DNA from: a virus
Taxonomy: Duplodnaviria; Caudoviricetes
Reading direction: 5' to 3' (one strand)
Length of the DNA stretch: 64,000 bases
Virus record (IMG/VR): IMGVR_UViG_3300006092_000342
Location: 32,222 to 96,221 of that record
Below, piece after piece: positions 19,407-28,940 of the stretch. The notes under the pieces were generated by a model. That model had not been told where the DNA came from. It ran no database searches and saw nothing but the letters and a program-made list of their open reading frames with translations. A program made the translations under genes and the position numbers. Each line of letters opens with the position of its first letter. Within the stretch, counting starts at the first letter, position 1.

Positions 19407-20129
19407 TTATTTATTTGTAGGATGAGGTATTACAGTGTTATCAATATTATCCTGAATATAATCCCCTCGCATTTGATTTTTTCTTGGATCTAAATAGCTA
19501 GTAATAACCATTTCTTTACAAATACGAAGCAAATCTTTGTCTAAAGGAAAAGATTGTTCTAAAATATCAATACATTTTTTTATAGAAGTATCATTGCATT
19601 CTGGAAACATAAGTACTTCTAAAGGATCCTCCGCTAAAAGTTTAACTGCAATTGCTTTGTCTTGAATTGTATTTAAAACATAAATATGGATTTTATTTCC
19701 TACATTCTGATAAGTATATGCTAAAAAATTATCAAAGTTAAATCGTCCACCTTCATAATCACTTATACTTTCCCATTTGATATAATCTAATTCTATATTA
19801 CCTTCTAGTGTTGTAACAGCTTCAAATTGACCCATTAAAGGTTTAGGCACCGGATTAACGGTTCTGAGAACTTTTTTACCTCCTCCTGGAATAAAAGGAC
19901 ATTCTGAAATACTAGCTTGTTGTAAACTAGCACAAGGAATAGTCTGAATATCAAAATCAGTATAACGTCTTGCTTTTAAATATTTCTCATGTAATAAATA
20001 AATACGGGCATCCATAAGATCAGAAAGTACTGCTCTTTCGGAGATTCGCGATTCTTCTACTTGTTTCCCACTAGCATTCGCAATCTTTACAATAATATCA
20101 TCTATTATTTTCCCGTAAGTTTCTGTCAT
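19407..20129 (-). CDS. Putative tail ring (neck) protein
   Basis: 240 aa, MTxxxIIDDI start, ends FPLD...QDNIDN like crAss ring proteins; synteny. Confidence 0.55.
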   Translation of the reverse strand: MTETYGKIIDDIIVKIANASGKQVEESRISERAVLSDLMDARIYLLHEKYLKARRYTDFDIQTIPCASLQQASISECPFIPGGGKKVLRTVNPVPKPLMGQFEAVTTLEGNIELDYIKWESISDYEGGRFNFDNFLAYTYQNVGNKIHIYVLNTIQDKAIAVKLLAEDPLEVLMFPECNDTSIKKCIDILEQSFPLDKDLLRICKEMVITSYLDPRKNQMRGDYIQDNIDNTVIPHPTNK

Positions 20130-20130
20130 T

Positions 20131-20901
20131 TTAAGGTCTTAATAAATACTTATCAATCATCGCAGGAACATTTTGTTCTGAAGGCCAAAATACTGTCGTT
20201 ACAGGAATCATTTTATTATGTTCTAAACTGTAGATAGCTTTTTGAGAATTAAATTCAAATAAACCTAATGCATTAAAATTAGGTTTTTTTGTGATATCTA
20301 ACGAAGCAATTCCTACATTATGTGCATGTATATATGAAGAACCCTTAACAAGAGAATGAACTTTTTTTGCATTTAAAAACTCAATATCAAATACTCTAGG
20401 ATCGTGCCCACGATTATTCCCCATAACAAAATCATAAAAGTATTGATCATATACATAGGCAGCATCTCCGCTTCCAGTAAGGTCCGTATAATATATTTTA
20501 GGAACTGAATTTTTATATGGATTTCCGGTAGGACAATAAATTTTTATAAAACATTCTGGTTTATTTTTCGGATGTATTGTGTAATATTTAGATTTTTTAC
20601 TATCTAAAATCCAAACCGTTAATGAAAAATCGATAGACTTCTTCCGATCATCCTTTACAATAAAAAGAGAATCATATTGTTCTAAATGAAGAAAAGTAGT
20701 ACCAAATTGTAAAAAAGATACCCCATTATAAGTTGCTACAATATTATAACTTAAGTTTTCTAAAATTTGTAAAGCACTCCTTTGTTCTTCCGAAGAAACG
20801 CTCGCAGTTCCAGATCCTATACAAGTTACTCGATTATTTGGAGTTTCAGGTATAAGAGATCTCCCTGAGTCAGAATTCGGTCCTAATATTGTAATACCCA
20901 T
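20131..20901 (-). CDS. Hypothetical protein
   Basis: 256 aa ORF tightly packed in the operon; no recognised motif. Confidence 0.7.
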   Translation of the reverse strand: MGITILGPNSDSGRSLIPETPNNRVTCIGSGTASVSSEEQRSALQILENLSYNIVATYNGVSFLQFGTTFLHLEQYDSLFIVKDDRKKSIDFSLTVWILDSKKSKYYTIHPKNKPECFIKIYCPTGNPYKNSVPKIYYTDLTGSGDAAYVYDQYFYDFVMGNNRGHDPRVFDIEFLNAKKVHSLVKGSSYIHAHNVGIASLDITKKPNFNALGLFEFNSQKAIYSLEHNKMIPVTTVFWPSEQNVPAMIDKYLLRP

Positions 20902-20913
20902 GATCTTTAATTT

Positions 20914-21129
20914 TTATTCCCAAACTTTTAAAATTACCAAAAAATTAGCCTCTTTCATCCCTACTCCCAAATTTGAAACACTAAATTTACAATCTTCTTT
21001 CGGTCCACCAAACATTTCTTCACATCTTATGCCCCGTTTAGTCAAATCTGTAGTCAATTCTCCTTGGTGCACATTCATCTCATCTTCTGTAAGATAGGGG
21101 TAAATCCGATAACTTTCAAAAAACTTCAT
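20914..21129 (-). CDS. Hypothetical protein
   Basis: 71 aa; ATGA overlap with the amidase stop. Confidence 0.6.
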   Translation of the reverse strand: MKFFESYRIYPYLTEDEMNVHQGELTTDLTKRGIRCEEMFGGPKEDCKFSVSNLGVGMKEANFLVILKVWE

Positions 21130-21719
21130 AATCCGTATAATTTACTAGCCTTAAAACCTGGACAAACCTTTGTAACTCCCGGGAATTCATTATGACCCAA
21201 TACTTTGGCTTTTGGAAACTGCAATTTTAAACCGGCTACTATTCGTTCTAGCTCTTTATCTTGATAAGGGGTTCTGTTATCTTGTCTCCACAAGGGATAA
21301 TCAATGTAACATCCATCAATACAAACTCCGATTGTTTTACTGTTATATCCAGCCACTGTCCAACATAATTCCTTGTCTTCTAAGACTTTATTACCATTTA
21401 AAGGTGTAAGAGTATCAGTTATTTTATCTCGCCTAATAAAAAAATGATAGGGATTTCTTTTAAATCCCCTCTCTTTAGCAATACGTAAAATATCTTTCCC
21501 TGTAAGAGGATGTTTACTATTGCTCACACTGCAATGAATGCTAATGTATAAGACTTCCTGGGGACCATCTGCATACTCATCTCCATACATATCTGGAAGA
21601 TATAAGTCATTGATAACTACTGATGTCTCTTTTATCCAATTTGTAACAGCAAAGGCCAGCCAAAGGCCGGCCCCCGCCGCAATCAGAAGAATGAAGAAAT
21701 TTTTTTTACTTTTTATCAT
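21126..21719 (-). CDS. Endolysin, N-acetylmuramoyl-L-alanine amidase (T7 lysozyme-like) with N-terminal transmembrane segment
   Basis: IHCS, YHFFI, GYNSKTIGVC, GHNE, KVCPGF motifs; N-terminal KSKK followed by FFILLIAAGAGLWLAFAV. Confidence 0.9.
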   Translation of the reverse strand: MIKSKKNFFILLIAAGAGLWLAFAVTNWIKETSVVINDLYLPDMYGDEYADGPQEVLYISIHCSVSNSKHPLTGKDILRIAKERGFKRNPYHFFIRRDKITDTLTPLNGNKVLEDKELCWTVAGYNSKTIGVCIDGCYIDYPLWRQDNRTPYQDKELERIVAGLKLQFPKAKVLGHNEFPGVTKVCPGFKASKLYGL

Positions 21720-22545
21720 TGTCTAGATTAAGTAATGTTCTGTAAATCTGAGGGTTAAGTTCCGTAGTTCTTCGAATTCGCGAACCCTGTCCTGTTGTAA
21801 GAGTATTTCTACAACTTGAATTACTGTAACTCATTAGATTGGTATTAAGAATTCTACTTTTCCTTTTACTTAATCCTGGGATAACGAAATCACAAAATCT
21901 AGTAAGATCCGGTCTTAACTCTGGACTGCTAGGGGTATCACAGACTTTATCCCCGGTTTTAGTATTGAGTCCATCCGTCATATCGGATTCATGCGTATGT
22001 AAACAACCTAAACAATGCAATAATTCATGAATAGTAGAAGAAGTCCATAAATACTGCCGTTGAACCGCACAGTTAACTGTTGGAATATCCGTACCGGCAC
22101 TGCCTTTAAAATCATCATAATCATTCTTTGTCAAATAAAGATTTAAGCATCTTTTTTTATTAAGATCTGTAAAACTCTCGAAATTACTAACACTTAATTT
22201 CCATAAAGGCAACTGCTCGCTACTATCAATTACATTATGATTCCTCCAAAATTCTCCAGATCGGGTTCCAATTACTTTAAAAAAGATATTCTCTTTATTC
22301 AAAGTATTAGGTTCTTCTGAATCAGAAAAACTATCTATGGCTTCTTGAAGCTCTTCTACCGTATAAGCTAAACTGTCATGATAAATTTGATGTACAAAAA
22401 CTTTATAAATCAATTTTGTGGTATCGTCAAAAAAGCGTTTATCCAATTTATAGCCTAAACAATCCCTGGGAGAAGGATCCCTATCATCAATTTCACAAGA
22501 CTTTATTCCTAAAATGAAAAAAAGTAGGACACAAAACACTTTCAT
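21706..22545 (-). CDS. Lipoprotein zinc metallopeptidase, M43 (pappalysin/ulilysin-like)
   Basis: HELLHCLGCLHTH = HExxHxxGxxH; GDKVCDTP and Met-turn NLMSY are M43 hallmarks; lipobox-like signal ...LGIKS-C. Confidence 0.85.
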   Translation of the reverse strand: MKVFCVLLFFILGIKSCEIDDRDPSPRDCLGYKLDKRFFDDTTKLIYKVFVHQIYHDSLAYTVEELQEAIDSFSDSEEPNTLNKENIFFKVIGTRSGEFWRNHNVIDSSEQLPLWKLSVSNFESFTDLNKKRCLNLYLTKNDYDDFKGSAGTDIPTVNCAVQRQYLWTSSTIHELLHCLGCLHTHESDMTDGLNTKTGDKVCDTPSSPELRPDLTRFCDFVIPGLSKRKSRILNTNLMSYSNSSCRNTLTTGQGSRIRRTTELNPQIYRTLLNLDNDKK

Positions 22546-22556
22546 GGAATGTAGTT

Positions 22557-23696
22557 TTAATCCTGGTTATCAATAATACCTGCACTCGCATCTCGACAAC
22601 AAGTAGCTACTTTAAGTTTTAAAGTTTCTAGTTCTTGGAGAATTGTGCGGATATCTAATTTTAAAGCACAAATATCATTTCCTGTTTTATATCCGAATTC
22701 TTGAATTGTAGTTTCGTAAGTTCTTTTTTCGCAATTTTGATCACAATCAATTGCTTGAATCTTTTCCTCTCCTATATTATCTAACCGACTGTAAATAGTA
22801 CATATATGTCCGCTATGAACTGCTGTAGCTCCCCCAATACTTTTATCATGATATGTAACTTTCTTGCATCCAGCTAAACCAATGAATCGATTGCTATCCA
22901 TTCTAGCATTCAATTGACAAATTGCAGCTTCTAAAAGTTCATTGTATTGTGTTTGACTTAAGCCGGAACCACTGTTTTTACTTGTACGATCTTCTACTTC
23001 TAAAATTGCAGAACTATCTTGAGGTTGGGGTGCGTCTAACGTTATTCGTTTTGACATAGTAACCAATCCTGCAGGCGTTCCAATATCTAAGGTAAATACT
23101 AATGCAATTGGAAACTGATCGCCTCTTAATTGAAATTGACCTATAAGATCATTAGTTTTTACAAGACGCGAATCTAAACTAGTTGTTGGATTATAACTGA
23201 AAGCCTCTACTTCCTTTCGAGAAACTATATAATCTGCAGGCAGATCTTTTATAGCTTCTTCCATATTATAGGTAAGGTTGGAGTGTCCTCGCTCTGTCGC
23301 ACTTACTGAGTAAATAATACCACGCGTTCCTAAAACTGCAGAATAAACAGAAGAAGTTCTTCCTAGACAAAATAAAGAATTTTTAACTTTGATTTTATCT
23401 GAATCTAGATCTGCTAAAAGTTCTAAAGCTAGCTCCGCAGCTTCTCCTGGAAGCATATCCTTATAAGGATAACCATCGGGATTTACATAATTTTTTTGAA
23501 TGTAATCTTGAACTCCTAAACCAATCTTTGTACACACTTCCTGCAGTGAGGTGCGATCAGATTCCTTCCAATCTTTTACATTGAAATGTGAAATTTCTGG
23601 CCCTCGGTAAAATACACAAGGGCCATAATTATAATCTGTACAACTGTGCTGACAATGATGACAATACTCCGATCCAAAATTCCCGACTGCTCCCAC
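22557..23696 (-). CDS. Hypothetical Cys-containing structural protein
   Basis: 379 aa, GTG start, Cys clusters at both ends, C-terminal coiled coil. Confidence 0.6.
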   Translation of the reverse strand: MGAVGNFGSEYCHHCQHSCTDYNYGPCVFYRGPEISHFNVKDWKESDRTSLQEVCTKIGLGVQDYIQKNYVNPDGYPYKDMLPGEAAELALELLADLDSDKIKVKNSLFCLGRTSSVYSAVLGTRGIIYSVSATERGHSNLTYNMEEAIKDLPADYIVSRKEVEAFSYNPTTSLDSRLVKTNDLIGQFQLRGDQFPIALVFTLDIGTPAGLVTMSKRITLDAPQPQDSSAILEVEDRTSKNSGSGLSQTQYNELLEAAICQLNARMDSNRFIGLAGCKKVTYHDKSIGGATAVHSGHICTIYSRLDNIGEEKIQAIDCDQNCEKRTYETTIQEFGYKTGNDICALKLDIRTILQELETLKLKVATCCRDASAGIIDNQD

Positions 23697-23700
23697 ACTT

Positions 23701-26700
23701 TTAACAATTTAAAGTTATAGATTCATTTGAACTAAAGGCTGTTGGATCTCCTAAACAAACTAATCTCACACTAACTGTAGAATTATATGGATATTCATAA
23801 TCAATAGTAGCTCCCGCTAGAGGACTTACAGTACCTCGATAGACATACCCACTGCCGGCATCAATATAAACTAATACAGTAGTATTATTTGTATTGTTGA
23901 CTCCCACTTTTCGATTTCCACCCACTACAGTGCAATATAAATCTCCCGGATCAAGTACTACAGCCCCGCAAGCTGCTCCATTAGAGCACTCTCCAATGCG
24001 TACTTCACATTGACAACCATCTCCCGGATATCCAATTAACTGGTAATGAATAACCCGATCACGATTTGTAATTGGAACCCCACTCACAAAGCCGGTACCT
24101 CCCGGTGCAATTGTCATGGTAGGACTTACCCAAATCGATTGATTAACGCAAGTATTGTTAAAGTCACTTTCTAAAATTCTTACAGTAACAGCGGCAGTAT
24201 GTGTTGCTAAACCGCTTAAATGAATAGCAAAGGCACTACCGCATGGATCTCCTGTTATCGAGAATAAGTCTCCAAAATCCATGCATGGGTCTCCGCTGCC
24301 ACCGCCGGCACTACAATTGACTGTAATAGTCTTCTCAACAGTACAGAATTCGCTATCAGTTATAGTACGAATTTGGTAAATTCCATTGCTTAAGAGATGT
24401 CCGGCTAAAACAGTCGTCCAAACACCGGCAATTTTAACTTGAACATCTGTACTTCCACCTGTCCATTGTAAACCAGGACTTCCGCCAGAACAATTATAGG
24501 TTACTGTTCCTAAATCATCTACTACTGTAAGAGTTTTGGTAACACTTCCTAATAAACAGTTTTGGCCGGGACAAGCCAACATAATATCAACTTGAAGAGT
24601 AGTACTAGCTTTTACTAGAACAAAATCGGTTTTAATAACTATTGGATCTATCCAAGAACCTGTTGGAATAGTATAAGCTGGCTGTGCTACTCCATCAATT
24701 TTTAATAAGAAATGTACGCTACAACCCGCCGGTAAAGCCGGAGTAGTAGGATCATCCAAGCCTGTAATACTCAATTCTCCATTAGAACAGTCTAAATCAA
24801 TATCAGGAGTTCCGATATCAATAGCTGCACAAGTATTACATTTTAAGGTAATACTCTTATAACAAGTTGGATTAGCTGCTACGCGAACATATATAGTTTC
24901 AGTAGCCCCAGGCGCTAATGCTGAAGGTAATGCAATCGGATTTGTGTCTGCAGCCCAAGCTCCGGTACCTCCAATAGAGACTTCATCCCAAGCCGGACTA
25001 CTTACGATCGTAGCTTCATCACAATCTGTATTTAAAGTTGCACTAGTAATAGTTAAAGCACAAGTATCGCAATTAACAACCAAATCTAAAGCTGTATTAC
25101 AATCGTGGTTATCCACTCTTCGTAATCTCACTTTTCCTGGATAAGTTGCATTGGATAATACAGAGGCAATTCGTTTTGTAGCCCCTAATAAATACCAATC
25201 CGTACCATTCAAGGAATATTCAGTAGGAATGCTTCCTAAACTATTTACAACAATTTGTTGTAAATCACAATCATAATTGACATTTGGATTTCCTAAATCA
25301 CAACAAGTCATTGAGAAATTCAAACGTTGTTCACATCCGAAAGCATCTGTAACTTTTACATACCAATCACCACTTTCCATCATTCCTGCAAAAGTGAAAG
25401 TATTTGGAACCGGTGCATCGTAAATAAAGCTATCAACTTCATGATCAATTGGAGGAATGGTTCTGACAACAACTACTCTATAAGGAGCAGTTCCTCCCGT
25501 AAGTTCATATTGGAACCCGGTCGTACAACTAGGAATTCCGATCAAACTTAAACTCATTGGAGTTACACTACAGTTACAAGGGTTATTGATACTGAATGTT
25601 TTTACAATATCGCAGATATTACACTCATCCCCTGGAACTTTTAATCGAACTTCCGTTACAGGAACACCATAATTTATGGTAATACCGCCTGTGAATAGTT
25701 TTCCAGAAGTTACTGTATAGCTTCCATATAAACTACCATTAATCCATAACTCATAAACTTTACCTTCATACAGGCTACATACTGTAGCCTCATCAATTGT
25801 AATTTCAGTATTACATAATGATTGATTAGGAGTTACAACTAAGTTTGGCGGCTGACAGAAACCAACTTTTGTAGGTCTGCTTTCATCTCCCCAACAACTA
25901 AAGAAAGTATCTTTATCACAACCACAATCAGTTAATAATTTTACATATTTTCCTATTTCAAGACCTTCCGCAGCGCCGAATATATCCCGATAAAAATTAC
26001 CCACTTTTAAAGCATAAGCTTCTCTGGCTTTTACTAGATTAGATAAAGCAGTTCCTTTGTACCAGGTAAATAAAGGTAATTTACAACCGGCACGTTTTAC
26101 CAAAGGAATAACTGCCGATTTAGTGGCTCCACAACCTGCAACACTTACTTTAGTACCTGCAGGAATAAAATATTTACAATTATTTTCAAACGTGAAATCA
26201 ATATCAGTTTTGATAATGAAATCGTAACGAATCACTGTAGCATTTACTACAGGGAGAGCGCATGCAGATTGATAGGCATACTGTAAATTATTTACAGGAA
26301 CATATCCCCAATCTTCTGTAAAAGTCTGAATAGTATCTTCAGAACCATTACTGTAAAAAGCTTTGATCTCAATATTGTTAACTCCTAGATTTGGCGGGAA
26401 ATCTTTGTAGATTCCGGTCATATCTAATAAGATCGAGTTTTGGTTATGGCCTTTACGTAACTTTCTGTTGAAAGATATCAATCCAGTAGAATCTACAGAA
26501 ATGTCTAAAGCATACCCAATGTCAGGACAGCCACAACAATCTTGTGTAGTTAATCTACCTTCTAATTTACAATTTAGATTGTCTTTAACGATTTTCAGTT
26601 CATCGAGACACTCTAATTTTTTATGTTCTTCACAAACTCCTGCAGGACAATCACAGCCATTTACCTGAGCACAAGTTGTACAATCAAAGCTATCACAAGG

Positions 26701-28065
26701 GTAACAACCTTTATCTTCCCAGCAACCACAACCCGTTTGGCATTGACCTCCATTTACACAGGAACCGGCACATGGGTTTTTCTTACATCTTTTAACCCCT
26801 TTATCACAATAACAACCCCACTCGCAATCTCCATTGTTCTCACAAGGACGATCACACTCATTACAACGGCCTGTATTTTTATTACAACCGCAAGTATCCG
26901 CACAATCTTCAGGTTTAGTACAAGGGCTATTGCAAGGATCTTCCTGACAACTTTGAGATAAATTTCCTACAGCAACCGGCCTACATTTACAACCTACTAA
27001 TTCTTCACAATTAGGAGTAGTACAATTTCTTGTATTACAATTTTCACAACGCTTTGTAAGCAAATTACATCCACAACCTTTAGCACATGGTGTATTTTCA
27101 TCACAATATGCATCACAAGGATCTTTGGCTTTAGGTCCACATCGATTGAAATCTTTACATTCACATCCTTCCGGACAACCCCCAACAGTAGTACATGCTA
27201 CATCGCAATTAACACAAATACAAATTAACCCTTTACGTACACAAGTATAGCCTGGAGGACAACTTGGATTAGAACAATCACAAACTAATTGACAACAATC
27301 AGAACCTACATGCACGCGACCTGGTAAACAACTTGTAGGAGCACAGCCATCAGGTGTGCACTCATAACAAGGAGGGCATTGTCCCGCTGTACAAGGAGGT
27401 TTTGCAATACATTTACCTGTAATTGGATCCCGATAATATCCGGTGCAACAATTACACATACCATTTGCATCACAACAAGTATTTTCTTCTAAACAATGGC
27501 TATTATTCCAACACTGCTTACACTCACATGTTTCTGGATTTAAATAACCTACAGCACAAGTTTTAGCAACACAATCATAAGCACTACATACCTCACAACC
27601 ATTACAATCTGTACTTTCAATACATCTTCTACAAATGCCAAACTGATCTATTCTCCATCCAGGAGGACATTCACATTTTCCTTGATTACAAACCTTTCCA
27701 TTTTTACAAGGATGTAATTCATTACACTCTACGCACTCATCTCCTGAACAAACACCGGTAGGACAAATATCTTCACAGACTTTATCCACTTCATTACAAC
27801 GATGACAACTCGGACATTGGAAATGATCATCACAAAAACATTTTACTACACGTAAAGGAGGACAATCTAAACAATTGCTACAACGTATCCAGGCTTCTAG
27901 ACATGCAATTTCGTCTGGTACAACATATACTACTACGGTACCATCCGGTTTTATACAAGCAATATCAACTCCGGTTATAGTTTTTACATCTATAATTGGA
28001 TTGGTACAGCTATAACCATCTAAGGTTATATTTTTAAATACCGCTAATCGTTTTTGCAGATCCAT
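23701..28065 (-). CDS. Very Cys-rich putative fibre/adhesin with SprB-like repeat
   Basis: About 93 Cys in the first ~478 aa (hand count) in C-x3-C-x5-C-x3-C-x-C modules. LTGGTAPY...YVKVTDAFGC (about 25330-25510) resembles the SprB repeat; beta-rich C-terminal half. Confidence 0.7.
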   Translation of the reverse strand: MDLQKRLAVFKNITLDGYSCTNPIIDVKTITGVDIACIKPDGTVVVYVVPDEIACLEAWIRCSNCLDCPPLRVVKCFCDDHFQCPSCHRCNEVDKVCEDICPTGVCSGDECVECNELHPCKNGKVCNQGKCECPPGWRIDQFGICRRCIESTDCNGCEVCSAYDCVAKTCAVGYLNPETCECKQCWNNSHCLEENTCCDANGMCNCCTGYYRDPITGKCIAKPPCTAGQCPPCYECTPDGCAPTSCLPGRVHVGSDCCQLVCDCSNPSCPPGYTCVRKGLICICVNCDVACTTVGGCPEGCECKDFNRCGPKAKDPCDAYCDENTPCAKGCGCNLLTKRCENCNTRNCTTPNCEELVGCKCRPVAVGNLSQSCQEDPCNSPCTKPEDCADTCGCNKNTGRCNECDRPCENNGDCEWGCYCDKGVKRCKKNPCAGSCVNGGQCQTGCGCWEDKGCYPCDSFDCTTCAQVNGCDCPAGVCEEHKKLECLDELKIVKDNLNCKLEGRLTTQDCCGCPDIGYALDISVDSTGLISFNRKLRKGHNQNSILLDMTGIYKDFPPNLGVNNIEIKAFYSNGSEDTIQTFTEDWGYVPVNNLQYAYQSACALPVVNATVIRYDFIIKTDIDFTFENNCKYFIPAGTKVSVAGCGATKSAVIPLVKRAGCKLPLFTWYKGTALSNLVKAREAYALKVGNFYRDIFGAAEGLEIGKYVKLLTDCGCDKDTFFSCWGDESRPTKVGFCQPPNLVVTPNQSLCNTEITIDEATVCSLYEGKVYELWINGSLYGSYTVTSGKLFTGGITINYGVPVTEVRLKVPGDECNICDIVKTFSINNPCNCSVTPMSLSLIGIPSCTTGFQYELTGGTAPYRVVVVRTIPPIDHEVDSFIYDAPVPNTFTFAGMMESGDWYVKVTDAFGCEQRLNFSMTCCDLGNPNVNYDCDLQQIVVNSLGSIPTEYSLNGTDWYLLGATKRIASVLSNATYPGKVRLRRVDNHDCNTALDLVVNCDTCALTITSATLNTDCDEATIVSSPAWDEVSIGGTGAWAADTNPIALPSALAPGATETIYVRVAANPTCYKSITLKCNTCAAIDIGTPDIDLDCSNGELSITGLDDPTTPALPAGCSVHFLLKIDGVAQPAYTIPTGSWIDPIVIKTDFVLVKASTTLQVDIMLACPGQNCLLGSVTKTLTVVDDLGTVTYNCSGGSPGLQWTGGSTDVQVKIAGVWTTVLAGHLLSNGIYQIRTITDSEFCTVEKTITVNCSAGGGSGDPCMDFGDLFSITGDPCGSAFAIHLSGLATHTAAVTVRILESDFNNTCVNQSIWVSPTMTIAPGGTGFVSGVPITNRDRVIHYQLIGYPGDGCQCEVRIGECSNGAACGAVVLDPGDLYCTVVGGNRKVGVNNTNNTTVLVYIDAGSGYVYRGTVSPLAGATIDYEYPYNSTVSVRLVCLGDPTAFSSNESITLNC

Positions 28066-28940
28066 TACGAAAGATTACAATCTGTTAAATAATTTGTGAA
28101 ATCTTGTTTATATTTTATTTTGCATAAATCATAAGTTTTATTCTCATGAATCATAAATAAACAAGTATCACGATATTCGAATTTCAAACCAGGATTACAA
28201 GTAACTACTTTGTAGATTTCCTCATATCCCAAGCCGCATTTTTTTAAATATGTATATGTATCTAAATTTAAAATACATACCTTTTTATCACTATACGAAG
28301 CATCTAATTTACATTTAGCTATAAAGTCCGTATAATTAAAGTCAATTTCGCAAGTTTTTTGAATTAATAACTCATACTCAGTTATACAAGAAGCATGATT
28401 AACATCTTGATTTGTAACTGATTTGGTTTTCATTACAAAATCAAAAAGAATTTCATTAGGAATTCGTTGCGTTTGCAATAAGTTAATAAAGTCTTCTACT
28501 TTATTTTGCTTTTCAAATTCTTGAAATGAAAAATCAAAAACATATTCACACGCAATTCCAATATCTTTTAAAAATCTAGAACGACTTCTACAACGTTGGT
28601 TATCCCAATCCGGGTTATCCGATACAAAAACATCAGAACGACATTCTTCTTTACACCCAACTACCCAATTTTTTAATGTTTCAATTAATCGACAGATATA
28701 AGCATCTTCTACACAACTCTCAAACCCTTGCTTTACTTTAAAATAATATCTTCTTAAACTTTCATAAACAAAACGAAATAATTGGATTTCTTTTTCATCT
28801 TGAACATCTCTAGTGCGCCATTGAAATATGCGAGCTTTTATCTCCATATTCCTAGAAATAACGATACCTGCTTTGTGTAAAAGCAGGTCAAGTTCGAACA
28901 AATCTATGTTACAACACTCGGATTTCATATCGTTACACAA
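28065..28940 (-). CDS. Hypothetical structural protein (tail hub-like region), Cys-rich
   Basis: 291 aa; coupled start/stop with neighbours. Confidence 0.55.
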   Translation of the reverse strand: MCNDMKSECCNIDLFELDLLLHKAGIVISRNMEIKARIFQWRTRDVQDEKEIQLFRFVYESLRRYYFKVKQGFESCVEDAYICRLIETLKNWVVGCKEECRSDVFVSDNPDWDNQRCRSRSRFLKDIGIACEYVFDFSFQEFEKQNKVEDFINLLQTQRIPNEILFDFVMKTKSVTNQDVNHASCITEYELLIQKTCEIDFNYTDFIAKCKLDASYSDKKVCILNLDTYTYLKKCGLGYEEIYKVVTCNPGLKFEYRDTCLFMIHENKTYDLCKIKYKQDFTNYLTDCNLS

